Shown: positions 8,764 through 17,259 of the stretch, one piece after another
Position numbering within the stretch: position 1 is the stretch's first letter
Layout of the letters: every line of letters begins with the position of its first letter
From: Candidatus Saccharicenans sp.
GTDB taxonomy: Bacteria; Acidobacteriota; Aminicenantia; Aminicenantales; Saccharicenantaceae
DNA: 64,000 nt
Assembly: GCA_029907135.1 (NCBI GenBank)
Contig: JARYMJ010000006.1
Location: 1,260-65,259 of the forward strand
Direction of reading: 5' to 3'
Notes under the pieces: model-generated
Databases searched by the model: none
The model's input: only the letters and a program-made list of their open reading frames with translations
What the model was told of the DNA's origin: nothing
Made by a program: the position numbers and the translations under genes

Positions 8764-10959
8764 TCATTTATTAAAAAGGTTTTTGACCTGATAAGGGCCT
8801 ATGGTCAGGTCCAGAGAATCGGTGACAGTTTCCCAGCTGGCTGACTCAGCCACCTGTCCGGATTTCAGGATAACCTTGATTTTGTATTCAAAGTTGAATG
8901 GCTCGCCGCTGGACATCGGCAGATACACTGTCACCAGTTCTTTGAGTTTATTTTTGTTGAAATCTATTCCAGTCACCAGACCGCTCCGGCCCTGAGCACT
9001 GAGATAAGGAGAACGGATCTCAACCCGGACTTTTTCCACTTCCAGGGGTGAATCATAAGCAGCCGGGTCAAAAACGCCGGCCAATACTTCTACCTGAAGT
9101 TTTCTCATCCTCTCGATATAAGAAACTACCTCGATGTTGCTCCAGATCTTATCCAGGCAGGGCTGGCAGCTAAAATCCGGCTCTATTTCCATCCAGAAGC
9201 TGCGGGCATATTGTTTGAAGAAGGCATCTACCTTGGGGCTGGCCGGCTTGGCCACTTCATCCTTGGCCAGCAGGTCCTCGGCTTCTTTGACTTTATCCTT
9301 GTCCAGCTTTTTCTCCAGCTCACCCTTTAGAGCTCCCAGGCCTTTATCCAGTAAGGAACTCTTCTTTTTGGGGGCGGGGGGAGCGGTGGGGAAAGTCTGG
9401 CGGTATTCGGCCAGCAGCAAACCTTTAGGAGCGAACTGGACTTCCAGGTCCAGGGCCTGGCCCGGCTGGATGATAGTTTCTTTCAGGCATTTAAGGTTCT
9501 TGTAGACATCCTCGCCGTTGGGCAGCCGGAAGCGCAGGCTGACCGATGATACCTTAATCGGAAAATCGGACAGGTTCCTGACGCCGTGGAGATAAAGAAC
9601 CGAGTTCTTTTCATCTATGGAATAGCCAAGTTCATCGACCCCCGAATACCAGTGGCCGGTAAAATATTTCAGGCCAACTCTGATGGGAATTTCTCTTTCG
9701 ACCGTTCCGGACTTAATCTTCATCCCGGCCGTCAAGCCTTCCTTTTCCAGCAATGGCTTGAGCTCGGCCAGGGTGTCAGGAGTCATGGCAATGTTGATCG
9801 GCAATTCTGTTTCCAGGGAGCCGAAGCTCGGTATCCTGATGTTCTCAATTTCCCAGTCTTCCCAGCCCTGCATATCTATTATGGAGGCTTCATCATAGGG
9901 GAGAGACTTGAGCACCGCCTGTTGACCACGAGCGGTCTTCAAAGCTTCCTCCATAAGTTTGACATCAGCCGGGTCCACGTTGGCCCTCAGGGTCATGGTG
10001 GTTTTAACTTTCTGGTCGTTGGTCCAGACCGCGCTTATCCGATAGCCGCCAGCAGCCTTATCCCGGATAAGATTGATTTCTCTGGGAAGGTAGTAGTAGG
10101 TGTTCGGTTTCTCGTTATCCTTGAACACCCGGTTCAACAGGGTCAGAGGCTCCTCAATGTTCAGGGGACCGATGTCCTCAATCTTGTGGCGGGCCGGGGC
10201 TATCCCGGCCGGATTTAAGGGGATAGTCTTGATAATAGCCGGTTTGGCCAGTTGGAGGTCAATACCTCCGGCCGGCTTCTGCTGGGGAGTCACAGGAACT
10301 CTGGTCTTGCTGGCCTCCACAGAAGGCGTCACTTTCTGCACCGTCAGGGGAGCATAGATAGCAGCCGAAGCCCAGACCGCCCAATCCTGGACCGAACGGC
10401 CGGCGGCTGATACAGCCAGCCGGAAATCTACAGTTGAACCGGCGTATGGTGATAAATCGACCGAAATCTGGTCGAGCTTCCCATCGTTGGCTGCAGCTAT
10501 CTCTTTCAATAAGACGGCTCCCCCGCCCGAACTGTTCACCAAGGAGACGATAAACTTAACCCCATCGGTTTGAGTAGCCCCTTTAAGAAAGCCAACCGTA
10601 GCATTAAAAGTGGCCCCGGCGGGTATTTTGACCCCGGGAAAGACCCCGATTATAGTGCCGTTATTCTTCCATTCAGGGTGGGTTTGCAGAACCAGGGCAT
10701 AGGTCTGTCCGTCTTCCAGAATGGCATTATTCAAGTGCCGGGCAAAGCCACGGCTATCATTATCTGCCCCGTTCCAGGGAAGCTGGCCAGCAGAAGAGAT
10801 TGCCCGGTACCAACTGGCTTCCGGAGCCTTCTTGACAAAATCATAGTTAACCACATCGGTCGCCCTGAGTCCCGAAATGACAGCCAGCATCATCACCATC
10901 AGGCTCAAGATGGAAAAACAGGAAAATATTCTTTCTCTTTTGGTTGACCTTAAACGCAT
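8764..10959 (-). CDS. Secreted protein of unknown function, array paralog A (extra N-terminal domain, then the family module)
   Basis: 731-aa ORF with ATG start and GGAG 8 nt upstream. Signal peptide/TM segment FSCFSILSLMVMMLAVISGLRA. The family motif is internal (FKDNEKPNTYYYLPREINL, residues 278-297). The C-terminus is NFEYKIKVILKSGQVAESASW. Confidence 0.8.
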   Translation of the reverse strand: MRLRSTKRERIFSCFSILSLMVMMLAVISGLRATDVVNYDFVKKAPEASWYRAISSAGQLPWNGADNDSRGFARHLNNAILEDGQTYALVLQTHPEWKNNGTIIGVFPGVKIPAGATFNATVGFLKGATQTDGVKFIVSLVNSSGGGAVLLKEIAAANDGKLDQISVDLSPYAGSTVDFRLAVSAAGRSVQDWAVWASAAIYAPLTVQKVTPSVEASKTRVPVTPQQKPAGGIDLQLAKPAIIKTIPLNPAGIAPARHKIEDIGPLNIEEPLTLLNRVFKDNEKPNTYYYLPREINLIRDKAAGGYRISAVWTNDQKVKTTMTLRANVDPADVKLMEEALKTARGQQAVLKSLPYDEASIIDMQGWEDWEIENIRIPSFGSLETELPINIAMTPDTLAELKPLLEKEGLTAGMKIKSGTVEREIPIRVGLKYFTGHWYSGVDELGYSIDEKNSVLYLHGVRNLSDFPIKVSSVSLRFRLPNGEDVYKNLKCLKETIIQPGQALDLEVQFAPKGLLLAEYRQTFPTAPPAPKKKSSLLDKGLGALKGELEKKLDKDKVKEAEDLLAKDEVAKPASPKVDAFFKQYARSFWMEIEPDFSCQPCLDKIWSNIEVVSYIERMRKLQVEVLAGVFDPAAYDSPLEVEKVRVEIRSPYLSAQGRSGLVTGIDFNKNKLKELVTVYLPMSSGEPFNFEYKIKVILKSGQVAESASWETVTDSLDLTIGPYQVKNLFNK

Positions 10960-11150
10960 GCTTTTCTCCTTTCGTGACTTTATTATTTGACCAGCTTCTT
11001 CAGGGGTGGCAGGCTAATGCCCATAGGCCTAAGAAGAAAGGATTGACCGGAGCCGGAAAGAACGATTAAAAGATAAAAAACGCCCTCTGTCTTCCGACTC
11101 AAAGGAAGCCCCGCCCAAAAAATCTTTAACTTCCACATGAATGCCATGGG

Positions 11151-11180
11151 ATGTTATCACACCTGGAAAATCCCTGTCAA
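11151..11180 (-). promoter_or_regulatory. Candidate sigma70-type promoter for the five-gene array
   Basis: The minus strand reads TTGACA (11180-11175), an 18-nt spacer, then TAACAT (11156-11151). This would give a 5' UTR of about 185 nt before the ATG at 10959. Sequence match only. Confidence 0.3.
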
Positions 11181-11554
11181 GAAAATCCTACCTGGCCCGA
11201 TTGACAGACAAGAAAAAAAATCTTTCTTGTTGACTATTAAAAACAGCCTTCGCCCCAGCAACAATTTTTGCCAAAGAACTTTTGGAACTATTATGAAAAG
11301 AAGTCGGCAACAGGGCTTTTTTAATTGTTTTTGGACAGCCAGAAAAAAATAAAGAACGGAGACAGTGCTTGGGCGACCTGACCTATTGGGCTGGAGCAAA
11401 AGTTGGTAGAACCTATACAAATAGCCTGGACCTGGTGGATAATTTCAGACAGCAGGATCTTAGACCGATTGGGTAATTGGGCCCAGCTGTGTTTTATTCG
11501 GAGACTTCAGGTCTTATATCCGTTATGACTACCGCCAGCCAGCTGCTATGAACT

Positions 11555-12103
11555 TCAGGCTAGGCCCAGGTCCTGGTCTATCCCCTGCATTGATTCCAAG
11601 CAAATGGACAGGAATTCATCCAGGCTGAGTCCTAGGTTGGCGCATTGCTCTATTTCTTCCCTCCTGGCGCCACGGGCGAAATGCTTTTCCTTGTAGCGGC
11701 GCTTGAGGAATTCTAGGTCAACCGACTTCAACTTCTTGTCCGGGTGCATCAGGGTGGCGGCGATGATCAGGCCGGTGGTCGGGTCGGCCGAGTAGATCGA
11801 CCAATCCATGGCGCTCTGGCAGGGAACCCGTCCGGCATGGGCCTGGATGGCCTGGATAACCTCGGCCGGCAGGTTGTATTTTTCCAGCATCTTGACCGTT
11901 TCGGTAGTATGGAGTTCCGGGCTCTTTTCTGTTAATTCATAATCCAGGTCGTGCAGCAGACCGGCCAGACCCCAGATTTCCTCATTGCCACCCAGGCGGC
12001 GGGCCAGGCCCTTCATGCAGGCTTCCACCGCCAGGCAGTGCTTGACCAAATTTTTGTTATGAAGGTGTTGCTTGACCAGTTCCAAGGCTTCTTCACGGGT
12101 CAC
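11555..12103 (-). CDS. HD/HDIG-domain metal-dependent phosphohydrolase
   Basis: 182 aa with NLVKHCLAVEACMKGLA and LAGLLHDLDYE (the H...HD motif). Confidence 0.75.
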   Translation of the reverse strand: MTREEALELVKQHLHNKNLVKHCLAVEACMKGLARRLGGNEEIWGLAGLLHDLDYELTEKSPELHTTETVKMLEKYNLPAEVIQAIQAHAGRVPCQSAMDWSIYSADPTTGLIIAATLMHPDKKLKSVDLEFLKRRYKEKHFARGARREEIEQCANLGLSLDEFLSICLESMQGIDQDLGLA

Positions 12104-12122
12104 GGCTATCTCCTTTCTGGTT

Positions 12123-14420
12123 TTATTCTCTGACCACGGAATTGATATTATACCTCAACTCAGATTTTTTGCTGAGCTGTCTGCTGGTGGCTACCACTCT
12201 GACCAGGTATTCGCCCGGGGCCAGCGGCAGCCAGGTCCAGGTATTGCTCCTGGAAGCTTGCCTGACTAGCCGGTCGCGGCCGTCCGGAGTCCGGAGATAA
12301 AATTCGTATCTGGGTTTTTCCAGTCCTGGAGCCATGGCCGTAAATACTATCCTCCGCCCGGCCGGCTGAGGCGATTCCCTTGAGGGCCTGAGGATAACCC
12401 GGGGCTCATTTTTCAGGGCATAGACCAGGCTCAGGTCCTGGCGGTAGTCATAAGTTCCCACCAGGAGCAAATCTCCGACCGCGCCCAGGTCAGTTTTTAC
12501 TTCAAAGGTCAGAACGGTTTCCGATGTCTTACGCCCTGTCTTCAGGTCCAGGCCGTACAGCACCCGGCCCGAAGGAACAATCAACTCGTCTTTCAGAATG
12601 GCCGGCCGGTAAAGGATTCTGCCCGGTACCGTTTGCCACCACAGGATATCACCGGCCGCTTGTTTAAGCTTATAAATAATCCCGCCGCCGGTCAGAAGGT
12701 AGAGATGGCGCCCATCAGAAAGCAGATGTTGAACCCGCTGACTACCCAGGTTTATCTCCCAGCGGATTTTATTTCGGGACAGATCATAGCCTTTCACTTT
12801 TCCCGAGGACGTGCCGAAATAAATCTTTTTGCCCTCAGCCGGAAGGATTGCCTCGAATTTATCCTTGAAGTCGTGCTGACCGATTTTTCGGCCGGTCTTC
12901 AGGTCGAACCTGAGGAGCTGTCCCGAAAGGCAGGGAACCAGTACCTCAGAACCGGAAATGATAAGCGGCCGGGAAAATTCAGCCGGAAGCTCCTTGTGCC
13001 AGAGCAACTCACCCGTCTCGGTCGAGCGGGCTTCAAGACCATTCTTAAAAGGCAATAGCAGCCAGTTTTCGGACACTACCGGAGTTCCGGCCAGGGGTTC
13101 AACCAGTTCTACCTGAGGTCCAGCTATTATTCCGGAAAAGCTAAGTCCAAAAAGCTTCTGGCCTGAACTGACCCAGAAACCGGTCTTTCCCGGGACCGGG
13201 TTCTGTTCCAGGTTCATTTCCAGAAGTCCGACGGCTTGCTTTTTTCCAGACCGAACCTCGAGCAATTCATATGCCGGTGGCCTGTTTTCATGAGACCAGA
13301 AAAGATTATCAGAGGATGGGACCAGATACCTGACCCGACCACGAGCAAAGTTGACCCAGGCTCTGGTTAAAGAAAATTTGAAAAGTTCTTCCGGAGCAGG
13401 CCCCACCTCTTCCCCCCTCCTTTCTCGAACCAAGGTCCCGTTCCGGCTTTGCTTCCCGGCTGCTTGAGCCGAGCCGACATTATCAGCTTTCATTCGGGAC
13501 TCTTTTATTGTTCCTTCTGATTTACCGGTAATCTGAACTGGGGCCGGCTGGATAGCTGGCTCTCCTCCAGCCATCTGATTTGCCGCCTTTTTCCCGTTCT
13601 TTTCCAACTCTAAATCGGCGGGAGAAAGAAGCTCATCTATCCTGACCAGGGTATAACCCCGAGCGCTCAGTTCTTCTATGAGCTCCCCCACCCGGAAATA
13701 GAACAAGTCGGTTCTTTCGACCGCCACTCCGAGATGGACCAGGATGATAAAGCCATTGAGCCCGGCCGGACTCTCCTTCTCGTATTCAAGCAGCTGCTCC
13801 AGAATTTCTTCTGAAGAGCGGTAACCGGGCAGGTCTGGACTGATATAGTCGGAGTTGGTCAAAAGGCCGGGCGTGAAATTAACGACCACCGCCTCAGCCT
13901 CTGCCGCCCAGCCGGCAATCTCCCAGTTATACCATTCATATGGCGGCATGAAAAACCGGGCCCGGGCTCTGGTCACCCCGAATTTTTCCAGCTCCTGGTA
14001 ATTCTTATCCAGGTCGGCCAGGAACTCATCCTTTTGGACCAGGGTTTTTTGCCGGTCCTGCCAGTCGCAATAAAGAAGATGGCGGTCAGAATGAGGGCCC
14101 AGGTAATGCCCGGCCTCCACCATTTTTTCTATCCAGGGGCGGAATTCAGGCTGGCGAAGAAAATTACCGGTAAGAAAAAAGGAACCCTTTAGGTGGCGCT
14201 TCCATAATTCGGAAAGAATATATTCTGCCCCCTCTCCGAAGGAATCCGCGGTGAAGACCAGGGCCAGCTTCTTTTGGTCGCGAGGACCCCGGATTATCCC
14301 GCCCTGTTCCAGAGTCAGGTCTTGAGCTGCAATAAATTCAGCCAAGAAAAATAGCAACAGGGCCAGGACGAGCGGGATGGGCAGAACCACTACTCTCTTT
14401 CTAACCTGTTGCCTGGCCAT
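12123..14420 (-). CDS. Fusion protein: polysaccharide deacetylase domain, PQQ/BamB-like beta-propeller repeats and a C-terminal Ig-like (Y_Y_Y-like) domain
   Basis: 765 aa with a signal/TM segment. Deacetylase signatures: LALVFTADSFGEG and GPHSDRH. Repeated x-G-x-L-x-x-x-D-L-K-T-G-R-K type blades: LLRFDLKTGRKIG, VKGYDLSRNKIRW, LYGLDLKTGRKTS. The tail is YEFYLRTPDG...GEYLVRVVA. Confidence 0.75.
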   Translation of the reverse strand: MARQQVRKRVVVLPIPLVLALLLFFLAEFIAAQDLTLEQGGIIRGPRDQKKLALVFTADSFGEGAEYILSELWKRHLKGSFFLTGNFLRQPEFRPWIEKMVEAGHYLGPHSDRHLLYCDWQDRQKTLVQKDEFLADLDKNYQELEKFGVTRARARFFMPPYEWYNWEIAGWAAEAEAVVVNFTPGLLTNSDYISPDLPGYRSSEEILEQLLEYEKESPAGLNGFIILVHLGVAVERTDLFYFRVGELIEELSARGYTLVRIDELLSPADLELEKNGKKAANQMAGGEPAIQPAPVQITGKSEGTIKESRMKADNVGSAQAAGKQSRNGTLVRERRGEEVGPAPEELFKFSLTRAWVNFARGRVRYLVPSSDNLFWSHENRPPAYELLEVRSGKKQAVGLLEMNLEQNPVPGKTGFWVSSGQKLFGLSFSGIIAGPQVELVEPLAGTPVVSENWLLLPFKNGLEARSTETGELLWHKELPAEFSRPLIISGSEVLVPCLSGQLLRFDLKTGRKIGQHDFKDKFEAILPAEGKKIYFGTSSGKVKGYDLSRNKIRWEINLGSQRVQHLLSDGRHLYLLTGGGIIYKLKQAAGDILWWQTVPGRILYRPAILKDELIVPSGRVLYGLDLKTGRKTSETVLTFEVKTDLGAVGDLLLVGTYDYRQDLSLVYALKNEPRVILRPSRESPQPAGRRIVFTAMAPGLEKPRYEFYLRTPDGRDRLVRQASRSNTWTWLPLAPGEYLVRVVATSRQLSKKSELRYNINSVVRE

Positions 14421-14779
14421 TGGTTATTTGAAAATTAATTGTAAATAAACCCGGCCGATTGTGCAAACCAGCAGCTTTACTTATCCTGTCCTTGCTGATA
14501 TCATTTTTTTAATGATTAATTACATTCTTCTCTATAAAATCAGGAAGCTGGTCAAAAAGATCCTGAAAGAAAAAATCGAGGACGGAGAGATCGCCACCAC
14601 TCCCCGTTCCTGCCTGGGCTGCCTGGCCGACGAAATCAGCTGGGAAATTTATTACCTGTTCAAAGAAAGAGAAGACCGAAAAAAGGAGGGCGGCCAGCAG
14701 GCAACCGGGGATGAAAAATCAGAAGACAGCAAATAAATTACCCGGCCTCCTTGGCCGATAAAGGTGAGAGAGGTGCGGG

Positions 14780-16111
14780 TTAATCTTCTTTACCCGACTT
14801 TTCCCGGCGGATTTTCTCCTTGAGGGTTTCCCACCATTCTATGCGCTTTTTGATTTCTTTCTCGAAGCCCAGGTTCCCGGGCTGATAATACTTGCGCCCC
14901 CGCAGCCTCGCCGGGAAAGTCTCCATATCGGTCGTGGACAGCGGGTGGTCATGGGCATACTGGTATTCCTGTCCGTAGCCTATCTCTTTCATCAGGGGAG
15001 TCACCGGGTTGCGGATATGCAGGGGTACCGGTTCGTAAGGACTTTCCTCCACGTCCTTCATGGCCTGACCGAAAGCCACATAAATCCGGTTGCTCTTGGG
15101 AGCCGAAGCCAGGTAGACCACGGCTTCGGCCAGAGCCAGTTCGCCCTCGGGCGAGCCCAGGAAATCGTAGGCTTCCTTGGCTCTCAGGGCCACGGCCAGG
15201 GCCTGAGGGTCGGCCAGCCCAACATCTTCCGAAGCAAACCGCACCAGACGCCGGGCGATGTACAGCGGGTCTTCCCCGGCATAGAGCATCCGGGCCAGCC
15301 AGTAAAGCGATGCATCAACGTCGGAATTACGCAAACTCTTATGCAGAGCGGAAATCAGGTTAAAATGCTCTTCTCCAGCCTTGTCATAGAGCAAAATCCG
15401 CTTCTGTAAGGCCTCTTCCACTTCCCGGGCGGTGATTTCTGGCCCGCGGGTCAGGCTGGCCGCGATTTCCAGGGCATTGAGCACCCGGCGAGCATCACCG
15501 TTGGACTGGTCGAGCAGCAGTCTGACAGCTTCGTCGTTGATTCTGAGCCGGAGCTGGCCCAGGCCGTTAACCTCGTCGGTCAGGGCATCGCCTATGATTT
15601 TTTTCAGGGCTTTCTCATCCAGCGGTTTTAAGACCAGCACCTTGGTTCGGGAGAGCAGGGGGGCAATAACCTCGAAAGAAGGATTCTCGGTGGTCGAGCC
15701 AAAAAGAATGACATCTCCCCTTTCGACATAAGGCAAAAAAGCCGATTGCTGGGCTTTGTTGAAGCGGTGGATTTCGTCAATGAAAATAATGATGGGTTGG
15801 CCGTAGAGCTTTTTCTGTTGCTCGGCTTGAGCCATGACCTCCTTGATTTCTTTTATTCCAGAAAGAACGGCGCTGTAGAACAGACAGGTCAGGTCAAAAT
15901 GGCGGGCCAGCATCATCCCCAGAGTGGTCTTGCCAGAACCCGGCGGTCCCCAGAAGATGATGGACACCAGGTGCCCCGAGTCAATCAGTTCGGTCAGAAT
16001 TTTCCCCGGGCCGAGGAGATGCTCCTGGCCGTAGAAACGGTCGAAGGTCTGGGGGCGCATCCTCTCTGCTAAGGGAATGTGCTGGCCATCCGGCCTGTCT
16101 GCTTTTTTCAT
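14780..16111 (-). CDS. rarA: Replication-associated recombination protein A (AAA+ ATPase, MgsA/RarA)
   Basis: Walker A GPPGSGKTTLG, Walker B IIFIDEIHRFNK, and a MgsA C-terminal region (ALHKSLRNSDVDASLYWLARML). ATG at 16111 is preferred; an alternative TTG lies at 16135. Confidence 0.9.
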   Translation of the reverse strand: MKKADRPDGQHIPLAERMRPQTFDRFYGQEHLLGPGKILTELIDSGHLVSIIFWGPPGSGKTTLGMMLARHFDLTCLFYSAVLSGIKEIKEVMAQAEQQKKLYGQPIIIFIDEIHRFNKAQQSAFLPYVERGDVILFGSTTENPSFEVIAPLLSRTKVLVLKPLDEKALKKIIGDALTDEVNGLGQLRLRINDEAVRLLLDQSNGDARRVLNALEIAASLTRGPEITAREVEEALQKRILLYDKAGEEHFNLISALHKSLRNSDVDASLYWLARMLYAGEDPLYIARRLVRFASEDVGLADPQALAVALRAKEAYDFLGSPEGELALAEAVVYLASAPKSNRIYVAFGQAMKDVEESPYEPVPLHIRNPVTPLMKEIGYGQEYQYAHDHPLSTTDMETFPARLRGRKYYQPGNLGFEKEIKKRIEWWETLKEKIRREKSGKED

Positions 16112-16292
16112 GACCACCCCTGAGAATAATTTCAACCGGCCGCCACCAGGGCGTTTTTATTATATTATCATCGGCCTCGTTTTCATAGCCGCCGCCGTTT
16201 GAAAGATCTGGACCATCAGGCCCGAACCCGCCTTAAATTTTATAACACTTTTTATTAGGGGCTAATTCCATTAAAATAACTTGCAGGAGCAA

Positions 16293-17195
16293 ATGATGAG
16301 CAAGAAACGTTTAATATGGATCTTCAAATATGCGACCTGTGTCATTCTGACCGTTCTTCTGGTCCTGATTCTGGCGGTCAGCACCGCTCTGGCCCAGGGC
16401 CGTCCGCGCGGTTATCTTTTCATCATCGGCGGCGGGACCAGGCCGGAACCGATGATGAAACGTTTCGTGGACATGGCCAGCCGGGTTGGCAGCGGCCGGA
16501 TTGTGGTCCTGCCAATGGCCAGCGCCACTCCGGATGAAACCGGACGCAGCCTGGTAGAAGAATTCAAGCAGCTGGGAGCCAAAGAAGTTGCCTATTACAA
16601 CTTCAGCCGCAAAGAAGCTGAAAACTACTCCAACGCCAGGCTGCTGGCCGAAAGTGGCGGGATTTTTTTCTCCGGCGGAGTCCAGACCAGGATTACCGAG
16701 GCTATCCTGGACACCCCCATCCATAAGATGATTAAAGAACTTTATCAGAAAGGAGCGGTTATTGGCGGGACCAGCGCCGGGGCAGCCGCCATGAGCGAGC
16801 TGATGATTACCGGCGACGAGGTCAGAAAACCGGAAGAAGGTCATGAATTCGAGACGATAGAGGCCGGCAACATCATCGTGGCCCGGGGCCTGGGCCTGAT
16901 CAAATCGGCTATCATCGACCAGCATTTCGCCACCCGCAAGAGGCACAATCGGCTGATCAGCATCATCGCCGGCCATCCGGAACTGGTGGGCGTGGGCATT
17001 GATGAAGCTACGGCCATAATCGTCAACCCCGACGAAACTTTTGAAGTCGTCGGCTACCGGAATGTCATTGTTTATGACTCCGGGCGAGCCCGGGTCGAAG
17101 TTCGCGGCGATAAGGCCCTGTCCATCCGGGGCATGATCATGCACGTCCTGCTGGAAGGCGAGCGCTTTGACCTGAAGAAAAGGCGGCCCCTTTGA
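16293..17195 (+). CDS. Cyanophycinase (peptidase S51) with an N-terminal signal/TM segment
   Basis: LFIIGGG, RIVVLPMAS, FFSGGVQ, and GGTSAGAAAMS (catalytic Ser motif). GGAG lies 3 nt before the ATG at 16293. The hydrophobic N-terminus is ATCVILTVLLVLILAVSTALAQG. Confidence 0.8.
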   Translation: MMSKKRLIWIFKYATCVILTVLLVLILAVSTALAQGRPRGYLFIIGGGTRPEPMMKRFVDMASRVGSGRIVVLPMASATPDETGRSLVEEFKQLGAKEVAYYNFSRKEAENYSNARLLAESGGIFFSGGVQTRITEAILDTPIHKMIKELYQKGAVIGGTSAGAAAMSELMITGDEVRKPEEGHEFETIEAGNIIVARGLGLIKSAIIDQHFATRKRHNRLISIIAGHPELVGVGIDEATAIIVNPDETFEVVGYRNVIVYDSGRARVEVRGDKALSIRGMIMHVLLEGERFDLKKRRPL

Positions 17196-17259
17196 GCAAA
17201 GGCCAGCTTATTCTTGACGTCCTGACGGTTAAGTGTTAATGTTTTGAAGACAGCTGCTC

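Noticed and set aside
11007-11021. Sigma54-like TGGCAG-N5-TGC on the plus strand
   Set aside because: The GG-to-GC spacing is one nucleotide short of the -24/-12 consensus. The element points away from the array, towards a gene on the opposite strand.
11075-11122. Element flanked by an A-run and a T-run that looked like a bidirectional terminator or attenuator in the array leader
   Set aside because: Only a 5-bp stem (CTTCC/GGAAG) can be paired, and the flanking G-rich and C-rich tracts are not complementary. That is too weak to call.
14461-14736. 91-aa plus-strand ORF in the gap between the deacetylase-fusion gene and rarA
   Set aside because: There is no Shine-Dalgarno sequence before either the GTG or the internal ATG, and no recognisable motif. 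More likely this is the promoter and leader region of the minus-strand gene. It cannot be fully excluded as a small protein.
16311-17144. 277-aa ORF antisense to the cyanophycinase gene
   Set aside because: It is a shadow ORF fully inside a well-supported gene. It has Gly/Pro/Ala/Asp-rich composition, no Shine-Dalgarno sequence and no recognisable motif.
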